From NCBI GenBank assembly GCA_965220085.1, contig CBDCOZ010000003.1, positions 1,824,001-1,888,000 of the forward strand: 64,000 bases of DNA, given 5' to 3'. The position numbers were made by a program, and so were the translations under genes. The notes beneath the pieces were generated by a model, which worked only from the letters and a program-made list of their open reading frames with translations, had not been told where the DNA came from and searched no databases. This DNA comes from Candidatus Oxydemutatoraceae bacterium (GTDB lineage: Bacteria > Pseudomonadota > Gammaproteobacteria > Poriferisulfidales > Oxydemutatoraceae). This document shows positions 1 through 11,100 of the stretch, in pieces; within the stretch, counting starts at the first letter, position 1; every line of letters starts with the position of its first letter.

Positions 1-1
1 T

Positions 2-1873
2 GTTGTCCGCAATCAAAGTGATGACACCGCTGGCGCTGCTTATTTCGAACAAGTCTTCCGCATCGATCAGGCCCCATGTCACATCGCTTACGACATTGCC
101 ATCGGGGTCTCGCACCTCCGGCATCACACCCGTTGCCGCAACGCCCGCCGTTGCGTTCTCGGCTATCGTCGCCGTATTGACATCGCCCGTCGCATCGGTA
201 TCGGTTATCCTCAACACATCGACGCTAATCGTTGCGGAACGGGCTGCCTCGCCGCCGTGAATGACCGCCGCGACATGATAGGCGTATCTGGCGCCCGCGG
301 TGATGCTGTCGTCAACATAGATTGTGTTCGTTGACGGTGTTCCGGCAGTGTCATTCGCCAGCGCCGCCTCGTCGCGGTAGATGTGGTATGTAATAATCGG
401 GGGCGGGTCCCATTCCGGCGGTATCGGCGGCGCGGTCCAAGCCAATGCCGCATGCCCGCCGATCCCAAATGCAATCAGGTCTCGCGGGCCTTCGCGCAGT
501 TGGAAACCGAACTCTTGCCAGGTCGGCTCGCCGTCGCCGTTAAAGTCAACCTTCAGCGCCGGGTATTGCGAGGCGGCGCCGAAATCCCAGCGTTCGTTGG
601 CGGTCGGGTTCCAGTTCGCATAGATATCGGCGCGCGTCGTCGGCGCCTGTAACTCGGCGGTCGCATGACCGCTGATGCCGGCGATGGCGATGCCGTTGCC
701 GGCGGCATTGTCCTTGCGCGATGTCTCGGTATCCCAGACGACGGCGGTTGCGTCAATGCCGACATAAGCGCCGATGACGCCGCCGCCGTTCTCGTCGGCG
801 GGCGCGATCCGGGCGGTGGAATAACTGCGGCGTATCGGGACAGATGTCCGACTGTTTGTGCCAAGCAAGCCGCCGGAGGCGGGCATCGCGCCATCCGATG
901 CATCGACATAACCGGTGGCGTAAGAATCTTCCAGAAAGGAACCACCCCTTCCGTCCAGATTGCCAATCAGACCGCCGGCCCAATTGGTAGTGACCTGTGC
1001 TGCGGCGCCGTCGCCATACACACGCGCTCTGCCGGTGGCATAACTCGCGACCACTTCAAGACCGCGCCCGAAGCCGACCAGAGAACCGACTTCGTTGCCG
1101 CCCTCTATCCTGACCGCCGACCAACTGTTCTCAATCCGCGCGCGAAGACCGCCTTGTCCGTTCATCAAACCCGCTATGCCGCCAATCCGGTTCGCATTGG
1201 TGCCGCTGGCAGGAACCGAAGCGCCACTGCCCGAAGTTATTGAGCCGGTTACGCCGAGGTTGGAAACACATCCTTTGTCACACGCACCGGCGGCGCCGTC
1301 GGTTCCCCCTGAAATTCCGCCAAATAAGCCGGCATTACCGCGCCCGGCGATATCGTTCTGGAACAAGTTATAAATCGTGTGACCATTGCCCTCAAGCTTT
1401 CCGCCCCATCGGGCAAACGCATCGCCAATGGGCTGAAAGCCTTCTATGGGCCCGCCGCGATCCGCGTCTGTGTAGTACGGGAGGACTATGCCGCCGCCGT
1501 AACTGGCCGGATCGGTGAAATCCAAATCCTTTGTCAATTCATAGCCGAGGCATTCGCCGGCCCCGCCCGGACAACTGCTCTGGTTGTTGCCGAACTCTCT
1601 TGACCACACACGATAAGAGGAGGAATCATCTTTGCTCAGGCCCGTCCCCGCAGGGTCAAAGCGCATTACATTGAGTTGCTCCACCGTTGTGATGTCTATC
1701 AGACCGTCGTCGTCAATGTCGTAGTCTCTCGGCGCTTGCGCGACCGCGGATGTGTGAAAGAATGAGACTGCGAGCGCCAGAATCAGCGCGCCCGTTTTCG
1801 GCAACAGGCAGAGGAATCCGGAGAGGGCATGGAATATGCGCCTTGCGCGGTTGATTTTAGCCATTACTTGCAT
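2..1873 (-). CDS. Secreted GLUG/beta-helix + FN3 + cadherin adhesin; 3' end runs off the window start; paralog of 2162..14155
   Basis: Missing from the ORF track. Manual translation gives MQVMAKINRARRIFHALSGFLCLLPKTGALILALAVSFFHTSAVAQAPRDYDIDDDGLIDITTVEQLNVMRFD, a signal peptide plus the same 'DYD.D..GLI.I...EQL...RFD' opening as the repeat units of the giant adhesin. It continues through WDFG..QYPALKVDF, an FN3 segment and a cadherin start. Confidence 0.85.
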   Translation of the reverse strand, partial: MQVMAKINRARRIFHALSGFLCLLPKTGALILALAVSFFHTSAVAQAPRDYDIDDDGLIDITTVEQLNVMRFDPAGTGLSKDDSSSYRVWSREFGNNQSSCPGGAGECLGYELTKDLDFTDPASYGGGIVLPYYTDADRGGPIEGFQPIGDAFARWGGKLEGNGHTIYNLFQNDIAGRGNAGLFGGISGGTDGAAGACDKGCVSNLGVTGSITSGSGASVPASGTNANRIGGIAGLMNGQGGLRARIENSWSAVRIEGGNEVGSLVGFGRGLEVVASYATGRARVYGDGAAAQVTTNWAGGLIGNLDGRGGSFLEDSYATGYVDASDGAMPASGGLLGTNSRTSVPIRRSYSTARIAPADENGGGVIGAYVGIDATAVVWDTETSRKDNAAGNGIAIAGISGHATAELQAPTTRADIYANWNPTANERWDFGAASQYPALKVDFNGDGEPTWQEFGFQLREGPRDLIAFGIGGHAALAWTAPPIPPEWDPPPIITYHIYRDEAALANDTAGTPSTNTIYVDDSITAGARYAYHVAAVIHGGEAARSATISVDVLRITDTDATGDVNTATIAENATAGVAATGVMPEVRDPDGNVVSDVTWGLIDAEDLFEISSASGVITLIADN

Positions 1874-1887
1874 GAAATTTCCGGACA

Positions 1888-2066
1888 CTTTCTCCCTGCC
1901 CCTCGGGGGGCGAACGGCTATGCTGATGATGATGGTGATGATGACGATTTTCTCCCCGCCCCTTCGGGGGGCGAACACTGCGACGATGCAATGGGAGTCA
2001 TTGTACCTTGATTTGTGGCGGAAGGCGCATGGAGCATTGAGCGAACACTGCAACGACGCAATGGAA
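1888..2066. repeat. Intergenic duplicated motifs: two TTCTCCC.GCCCCT.CGGGGGGCGAAC hairpin units and two GCGAACACTGC.ACGA.GCAATGG units
   Basis: Direct repeats visible at about 1889-1915 and 1949-1976, and at about 1971-1995 and 2041-2064. Confidence 0.7.
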
Positions 2067-2161
2067 TCCGTTGTGCTTCAGAGCGAGGAAAGCGGCTCAC
2101 ATCGGCATATTCCGTATGGCTATCCGACTGACTCCACAGCCCTTCTCCCTGCGGGAGAGTA

Positions 2162-5100
2162 TTATCGCAGGGGGCCTTCCAGGAAGAGGCGCAGACGCAA
2201 CCTCAGCACGCTGGCTGCCTCTTGCACAGTTATTGTCAGCGACAATTCGTTTGAGTCTATGCCGTCCTTGCTCGCCTGCGCCCTGACCGTGTGTTGCGTT
2301 GCCGCCGCGTAGTCCAATGCGCCCTCTGCGGTTATCACGCCGCTGTTACTCGTGATGGCAAACAAGCTGCCTGCGTCATCGGTCAGCATCCATTCCGCTC
2401 CGGTTATCACCTCGTCATTCTCGGTCGCTACCAGATTGATGCCCGGCACTACGGTGCCGGCGGGCGCATTCTCGGCCAGTTCTATCGCACCGCTGCCGCC
2501 GTTTGCTATCGTCAATGTCTCCAGCACATTCAATACATTGATTGTCAGTTCCAGCGTCGCTGTCATAAAACCGGCGGCGGCGGCGGTTACCGTTACGCTA
2601 TGGTTGCGCGCACCTATGTCTTCGTAGTCCAGCGTGTCGCTCGCTGCCAAAGTGATGACACCGCTGGTACTGCCTATCGCGAACAAGCTGCTCGGATCGG
2701 TCAGGCTCCAGGTCGCACTACTTACGGCAGTGCCATCGGTATCTTGTGCCGCCAATGTCACACCTGCTATCGCCGTGCCCGCCGTCGCATCCTCCGCTAT
2801 CGTCGCCGTGTTGGCAGCGCCTGTCGTATCGGTGTCCGCAATCTGCAACTGCGGCAGGGTCTCGTCAATATCTGTTACGGCGATGGTCAGGGTTAGTTGA
2901 TTCGAATCTATGCCGTCTTTGCTCGCCTGCGCCGTGACCGTGTGTTGCGTTGCCGCCGCGTAGTCCAATGCGCCCTCTGCGGTTATCACGCCGGTGTTGC
3001 TCGTGATGGCAAACAAGCTATCCGCGTCATCGGTCAGGCTCCATGTCAGGTCGGTTACCGGACGACCGCCTTCATCGCTCGCCGTCAGAGCAATGCCCGG
3101 CACCACGGTGCCGACGGGCGCATTCTCGGCCAGTTCTATCGCACCGCTGCCGCCGTTTGCTATCGTCAATGTCTCCAGCACATTCTCCACAGTTACCGTT
3201 ATTGAGAATGCGACCGAAGTCACTCCGTCTTTCGCGGCTTGCGCCATTAATGTGTGGCTCTCCCCGCCAGCCGCTTCAAAATTCAATGCGCCAGCCACCG
3301 TCACTTCGCCGCCGGTGCTAATCGCAAACAGGCCGCCCGCGTTATCAGGCAGACTCCATGTCAGGTCGGTTACCGGACGACCGCCTTCGTCGCTCACTGT
3401 CAGAGCAATGCCCGGCACCACGGTGCCGACGGGCGCATTCTCGGCCAGTTCTATCGCACCGCTGCCGCCGTTTGCTATCGTCAATGTCTCCAGCACATTC
3501 TCCACAGTTACCGTTATTGAGAATGCGACCGAAGTCACTCCGTCTTTCGCGGCTTGCGCCATTAATGTGTGGCTCTCCCCGCCAGCCGCTTCAAAATTCA
3601 ATGCGCCAGCCACCGTCACTTCGCCGCCGGTGCTAATCGCAAACAGGCCGCCAGCGTTATCAGGCAGACTCCATGTCAGGTCGGTTACCGGACGACCGCC
3701 TTCGTCGCTCACTGTCAGAGCAATGCCCGGCACCACGGTGCCGGCGGGCGCATTCTCGGCCAGTTCTATCGCACCGCTGCCGCCGTTTGCTATCGTCAAT
3801 GTCTCCAGCACATTCTCCACAGTTACCGTTATTGAGAATGCGACCGAAGTCACGCCGTCTTTCGTGGCTTGCGCCATTAATGTGTGGCTCTCCCCGCCAG
3901 CCGCTTCAAAATTCAATGCGCCAGCCACCGTCACTTCGCCGCCGGTGCTAATCGCAAACAGGCCGCCCGCGTTATCAGGCAGACTCCATGTCAGGTCGGT
4001 TACCGGACGACCGCCTTCGTCGCTCACTGTCAGAGCAATGCCCGGCACCACGGTGCCGGCGGGCGCATTCTCGGCCAGTTCTATCGCACCGCTGCCGCCG
4101 TTTGCTATCGTCAATGTCTCCAGCACATTCTCCACAGTTACCGTTATTGAGAATGCGACCGAAGTCACTCCGTCTTTCGCGGCTTGCGCCATTAATGTGT
4201 GGCTCTCCCCGCCAGCCGCTTCAAAATTCAATGCGCCAGCCACCGTCACTTCGCCGCCGGTGCTAATCGCAAACAGGCCGCCCGCGTTATCAGGCAGACT
4301 CCATGTCAGGTCGGTTACCGGACGACCGCCTTCGTCGCTCGCCGTCAGAGCAATGCCCGGCACCACGGTGCCGGCGGGCGCATTCTCGGCCAGTTCTATC
4401 GCACCGCTGCCGCCGTTTGCTATCGTCAATGTCTCCAGCACATTCTCCACAGTTACCGTTATTGAGAATGCGACCGAAGTCACTCCGTCTTTCGCGGCTT
4501 GCGCCATTAATGTGTGGCTCTCCCCGCCAGCCGCTTCAAAATTCAATGCGCCAGCCACCGTCACTTCGCCGCCAGTGCTAATCGCAAACAGGCCGCCAGC
4601 GTTATCAGGCAGACTCCATGTCAGGTCGGTTACCGGACGACCGCCTTCGTCGCTCACTGTCAGAGCAATGCCCGGCACCACGGTGCCGGCGGGCGCATTC
4701 TCGGCCAGTTCTATCGCACCGCTGCCGCCGTTTGCTATCGTCAATGTCTCCAGCACATTCTCCACAGTTACCGTTATTGAGAATGCGACCGAAGTCACTC
4801 CGTCTTTCGCGGCTTGCGCCATTAATGTGTGGCTCTCGCCGCCAACCGCTTCAAAATTCAATGCGCCAGCCACCGTCACTTCGCCGCCAGTGCTAATCGC
4901 AAACAGGCCGCCAGCGTTATCAGGCAGACTCCATGTCAGGTCGGTTACCGGACGACCGCCTTCGTCGCTCACTGTCAGAGCAATGCCCGGCACCACGGTG
5001 CCGACGGGCGCATTCTCGGCCAGTTCTATCGCACCGCTGCCGCCGTTTGCTATCGTCAATGTCTCCAGCACATTCTCCACAGTTATCGTTATTGAGAATG

Positions 5101-8100
5101 CGGCCGAAGTCACTCCGTCTTTCGCGGCTTGCGCCATTAATGTGTGACTCTCGCCGCCAACCGCTTCAAAATCCAAATCGCCGGCCACACTGATTACGCC
5201 TGTGTTAGTCGCAATCGCAAACAGGCCGCTTGCATCATCAGGCAGACTCCATGTCAGGTCGGTTACCGCATTGCTGCCTTCGTCACTCGCCGTCAGAGTG
5301 ACACCGCTCACTTCGGCGCCGATCGTTGCATTCTCCGCAATGGTATTGGCGTCGGCGTCGCTATCCGCTACCGTCAGCGTCTCCAGCACATTCGTTACGT
5401 TTATTGTCAGTGTCACTATGGCAGGCTGATAACCGTCGGCTTCGGCGGTTACCGTTACGCTATGGCTACGCGCGGTTTCGTAGTCCAGCGTGTTGCTCGC
5501 AACCAAAGTAATCTCGCCGTTGGCACTGTCTATTGCAAACAAGCCGCTCGGATCGGTCAGGCTCCAGACCGCTCCGCTCACAACATTGCTATCAGCGTCT
5601 TGTGCCGCCAGTGTCACATCCGCTATCGCAGCGTCTGCCGACGCATCCTCCGCTATCGTCGCAGTGTTGGCATCGCCTGTCGCATCGGTGTCCGCAATCT
5701 GCAACTGCGGCAGGCTCTCGTCAATATCCGTTACGGCGATGGTCAGAGATAGCTCATTGGAATCTATGCCGTCCTTTGTCGCTTGTACCATAACCGTGTG
5801 GTGCGTTGATGTCTCGTAATCCAGTTCGCCTGTCACTGTGATGACACCGCCGGTATCAATCCCGAACAAACCGGTCGGGGCGCTCGCCAAGCTCCAAATC
5901 AGCCCTTCTGTCAGCGGCCTGCCGCCTTCGTCGGTCACTGTCAGAGCAATGCCCGGCACCACGGTGCCGGCGGGCGCATTCTCAGCCAGTTCTATCGCAC
6001 CGCTGCCGCCGTTTGCTATCGTCAATGTCTCCAGCACATTCTCCACAGTTACCGTTATTGAGAATGCGACCGAAGTCACTCCGTCTTTCGCGGCTTGCGC
6101 CATTAATGTGTGGCTCTCCCCGCCAGCCGCTTCAAAATTCAATGCGCCAGCCACCGTGACCTCGCCGCCAGTGCTAATCGCAAACAGGCCGCCAGCGTTA
6201 TCAGGCAGACTCCATGTCAGGTCGGTTACCGGACGACCGCCTTCGTCGGTCACTGTCAGAGCAATGCCCGGCACCACGGTGCCGACGGGCGCATTCTCAG
6301 CCAGTTCTATCGCACCGCTGCCGCCGTTTGCTATCGTCAATGTCTCCAGCACATTCTCCACAGTTACCGTTATTGAGAATGCGACCGAAGTCACTCCGTC
6401 TTTCGCGGCTTGCGCCATTAATGTGTGGCTCTCCCCGCCAGCCGCTTCAAAATTCAATGCGCCAGCCACCGTCACTTCGCCGCCAGTGCTAATCGCAAAC
6501 AGGCCGCCAGCGTTATCAGGCAGACTCCATGTCAGGTCGGTTACCGGACGACCGCCTTCGTCGCTCACTGTCAGAGCAATGCCCGGCACCACGGTGCCGG
6601 CGGGCGCATTCTCCGCAATGGCATTGGCGCCAGTGTCGCTATCCGCTATCGTCAATGTCTCCAGCACATTCTCCACAGTTATCGTTATTGAGAATGCGAC
6701 CGAAGTCACTCCGTCTTTCGCGGCTTGCGCCATTAATGTGTGGCTCTCGCCGCCAGCCGCTTCAAAATCCAAATCGCCGGCCACACTGATTACGCCTGTG
6801 TCAGTCGCAATCGCAAACAGGCCGCTTGCATCATCAGGCAGACCCCATGTCAGGTCGGTTACCGCATTGCTGCCTTCGTCACTCGCCGTCAGAGTGATGC
6901 CGCTCACTTCAGTGCCGATCGTTGCATTCTCCGCAATGGCATTGTCGCCAGTATCGCTATCCGCTACCGTCAGTGTCTCCAGTACATTCAATACATTTAT
7001 TGTCAGTGCCAGTGTCGCAGACTGATAACCGCTGGCTTCGGCTGTTACCGTTACGCTATGGCTGCGCGCGGTTTCGTAGTCCAGTGTCTTGCCCGCAATC
7101 AATGTAATCTCTCCGTTAGCGCTGTCTATTGCAAATGAGCCGCTCGGATCGGTCAGGCTCCAAGTCACTCCGCTTACAACATTGCTATCAGCGTCTTGTG
7201 CCGCCAGCGTTACATCCGCTATCGCAGTGCCTCCCGTTGCCGACTCCGCTATCGTCGCTGTGTTGGCATCGCCCGCCGCATCGGTGTCCGCAATCTGCAA
7301 CTGCGGCAAGGTCTCGTCAATATCTGTTACGGCGATGGTCAGAGATAGCTCATTGGAATCTATGCCGTCCTTGCTCGCCTGCGCCCTGACCGTGTGTTGC
7401 GTTGCCGCCGCGTAGTCCAATGCGCCCTCTGCGGTTATCACGCCGGTGTTACTCGTGATGGCAAACAAGCTGCCTGCGTCATCGGTCAGGCTCCAGACCA
7501 CTCCGCTTACCATATTGCTACCTTCGTCGCTCACTGTCAGAGCAATGCCCGGCACCACGGTGCCGACGGGCGCATTCTCAGCCAGTTCTATCGCACCGCT
7601 GCCGCCGTTTGCTATCGTCAATGTCTCCAGCACATTCTCCACAGTTATCGTTATTGAGAATGCGACCGAAGTCACTCCGTCTTTCGCGGCTTGCGCCATT
7701 AATGTGTGGCTCTCCCCGCCAGCCGCTTCAAAATTCAATGCGCCAGCCACCGTCACTTCGCCGCCGGCGCTAATCGCAAACAGGCCGCCAGCGTTATCAG
7801 GCAGACTCCATGTCAGGTCGGTTACCGCGTTGTTGCCTTCGTCACTCGCCGTCAGAGCAATGCCCGGCACCACGGCGCCGGCGGTCGCATTCTCGGCAAG
7901 CTCTATCGCACCGCTGCCGCTGTTTGCTACTGTCAGCGTCTCCAATACATTCAATACATTTATTGTCAGGGTCAGCGTGGCAGACCGATAACTGCCGGCT
8001 TCGGCTGTTACCGTTACGCTATGGCTACGCGCACCGGTGTCTTCGTAGTCCAGCGTGTCGCTCGCAATCAAAGTGATTGCGCCACTGGTACTGTTTATTG

Positions 8101-11100
8101 TAAATAGGTCGGGGTCAGCCGGATCGCTCAGGCTCCAGGTCACTCCGCTTACAACATTGCCATCGGGGCCTTGTGCCGCCAGCATCACATCCGCTATCGC
8201 AGTGCCTCCCGTTGCCGACTCCGCTATCGTCGCTGTGTTGGCATCGCCCGTCGTATCGGTATCGACCACCTTCAGCGCCTCGACGCTAACCGTTGCGGAA
8301 CGGGTTATCTCGCCGCCGCGAATGACCGCCGCGACATGATAGGTTTGACCGACGCTCGCGGTGATGCTGTCGTCAATATAGCTTGTGTTCGTTGACGGCA
8401 TCCCGGCAGTGCCATTCGCCAGCGCCGCCCCGTCGCGGTAGATGTGGTACGTAATCGTCGGCGGCGGGTTCCATTCCGGCGGTATCGTCGGTGCGGTCCA
8501 ATCCACTGTCACCCGCCCGCTGCTCTCAAGCGCGACCAGGTCTTGCGGGCCTTCGCGCAACTGGTAGCCGAACTCTTGCCAACTCACCATGCCGTCGTTG
8601 TCAAAGTCAACCTTCAGCGCCGGGTATTGGCTCGCGCTGCCGAAGTCCCAGTAATCGCTGTTCCCGCCGTCGTTCCAACCGACGTAAATGCCGTCATAGC
8701 CGGTCGGTGTTTGCAACTCGGCGGACGTCTTGCCCTCAATTCCGGATGCAGAGCCAAGCAATATCTCACCAATCGCAACCGTCTTGCCCGATGTTTCGGT
8801 ATCCCAATATATCGCCGTCGTTACAAAGTTACTGCTGATACTCGTTCCGCCCAAACCGCCACCCTCCGTTGTGTCAGAGACAACCAATCCAGTGGCATAA
8901 GCGTACTTCAGTTGCAACTGCCCTATACTGCCTAACAGACCACCAGCCACACTCAAAGTATCCGGCGCACTGACAAAACCAGTCGCGTAGACATGCTCTA
9001 CTTGAGCACTGGACAAACGACCTTGAGCATTACCTATCAGGCCACCCATATTGTCGATGCCACTTACAATACCGCTTGCATAACTCAAACGCACTGTGCC
9101 ACCATCGTTAAGACCCAGCAGCGAACCAGCATTTGTGCCGCTTACCGACACCGTTGAGTACGATTGCTCTATCGTGCCTGCGCCCAACTCTCCGACCAAG
9201 CCACCGACACTGTCGCCATCGCCCAAGACCGAACCGGTCACGCCGATATTTGACACCGTACTGTTACGGCCAATAGAATCAAATAAACTCAGATTTCTTC
9301 CGGGGCCGCGGTTAATATAGAGGCTATATATGGTGTGACCGTTGCCGTTGAATGTTGCCATAAAGTTATCAGAGTCATCCCCTATCGGTATCCAGCCCGG
9401 GTCACTCGTCCAGCCGCTCTTGTTCTCGGCGGCATCGCTGTAGCTGGCATCGTCGTCAAAGTCCAAATCATTCAGCAACTCGTAGCCGAGGCAGACATCG
9501 GGGCAGCCCATGTTGGCTCTGGCATCAGGGAATGCCTTCGTATATGTCGATGTGCTCTCGCTAGGTACTCCGTTACCGTCAAGGTCAAACCGGATTGCAT
9601 CAAGTTGCTCTAAAGTTGTCACTTCAATCAAGCCATTTTGGTCTTGATCATAGACTATCGTAATCGGCACGGCAAATTGAACCGCAGTGCGAACCGCCTC
9701 GCCGCCGTTGACAACAGCGGCAACGCTGTAGCTGATGTCAGAACCTTCGGCCACTTCGGTATCATCGGCATAACTCAATGTCGTAATGCCAATGGCGGTA
9801 GTGGCAACACCGTTGCGATACACGTTATAAGTAATCTCCGGCGCGGGCGACCAGTGGCTTGTGTCGGGCGCCGTCCAACTCAATGTTCTGGATGCGGCGC
9901 TGCCGATTGTCGTCACCGTCGGGCCTTCGCGTAACTGATAACCGAATCTCTGCCAACTCGGATCCGTATTGGGGTCGCCATCAAAGTCAACCTTCAATGC
10001 CGGGTATTGATTGGCATCGCCGAAGTCCCAGTAGTCGGTGGGATTGCCATGAGAGTCATTCGCATTCCAGTCGGCGTAGATGCCGCTGTAGCCGGTCGGC
10101 GCTCGTAACTCGGCACTCGTCGCACCGATGATTCCGGCCGCGGTTGAGGCATCCGTCCCAATCGCCTGCGCTTGCCCGGATGTGTCCGTATCCCAATAAA
10201 CCGAAGTGAAGGCCACATCAAAGTCAAAATTATTAGGAGCCAGTGCCAAAGAACTGACCAGTCCGATAACACCGCCACTTACCGCTTCGGCGTGAACCAG
10301 AGCAGTGGAATAACTGTGCCTGATATCTATATTCCCCGCATAAGATAACAAGCCGCCCGATTCGACACCGCCATGAACATGCCCGGTCGCATAGACATGC
10401 TCTACGCTGTCTCCGCCATAGCTAAACGCAATCAAACCGCTTTGATATGCGGCATCGTATACGCTGCCGCTCGCATAACTCGTACGCACCGTGCTATCCA
10501 AGCTGAAACCGACCAGCGAACCGATATAAGCTCCCTCGCTTTGGGCGGGACGCAACGATACCGTTGAATAACTGTTCTCAATAACCGTATCAGAAACAGT
10601 GCCCGCTAAGCCACCGCCGCCCCAAAAGTTACTGTTCTCACTGGTGACTTCTCCGCTTATACCGATGTTACTAATCGTCGTATCACCGATGCCGCCAAAC
10701 AAGCCGAGGGAGGCGGTGACTCTGACATTCCTCTTGATGTAAAGGTTGTGGATTGTGTGACCGTTGCCGTTGAATACCCCCGTAAAACGATCCTTTATAT
10801 CATCTCTGGTATATGTGCTGATTGGGTACCAGCCGCTCCCGCCTTCGCCCTTGCTCCAACCTTTGTCAACAGCGCCCGATGCGTAGTCAGTCGCATCGTC
10901 AAAATCCAGATCGTTCATCAACTCGTAGCCGATACAAGTGTCAGGGCAGCCCATGTTGTCGGCGGCATCGGGGAATGCCGCTACATATGTCGGCGTACTC
11001 TCGCTAGGTATCCCGTTACCGTCCAAATCAAACCGGATTGCAGCAAGTTGCTCTAAAGTTGTCACTTCAATCAAGCCATTTTGGTCTTGATCATAGACTA

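Noticed and set aside
1858-1992. His-rich leader peptide (RHHHHHHQH) on the minus strand
   Set aside because: It has only a TTG start with no RBS, no attenuator U-tract and no link to His metabolism. More likely a simple trinucleotide run.
3040-5150. Regular repeats as a possible CRISPR array
   Set aside because: The units are 315-bp in-frame coding repeats without unique spacers. No cas genes or CRISPR-like array were seen anywhere in the window.
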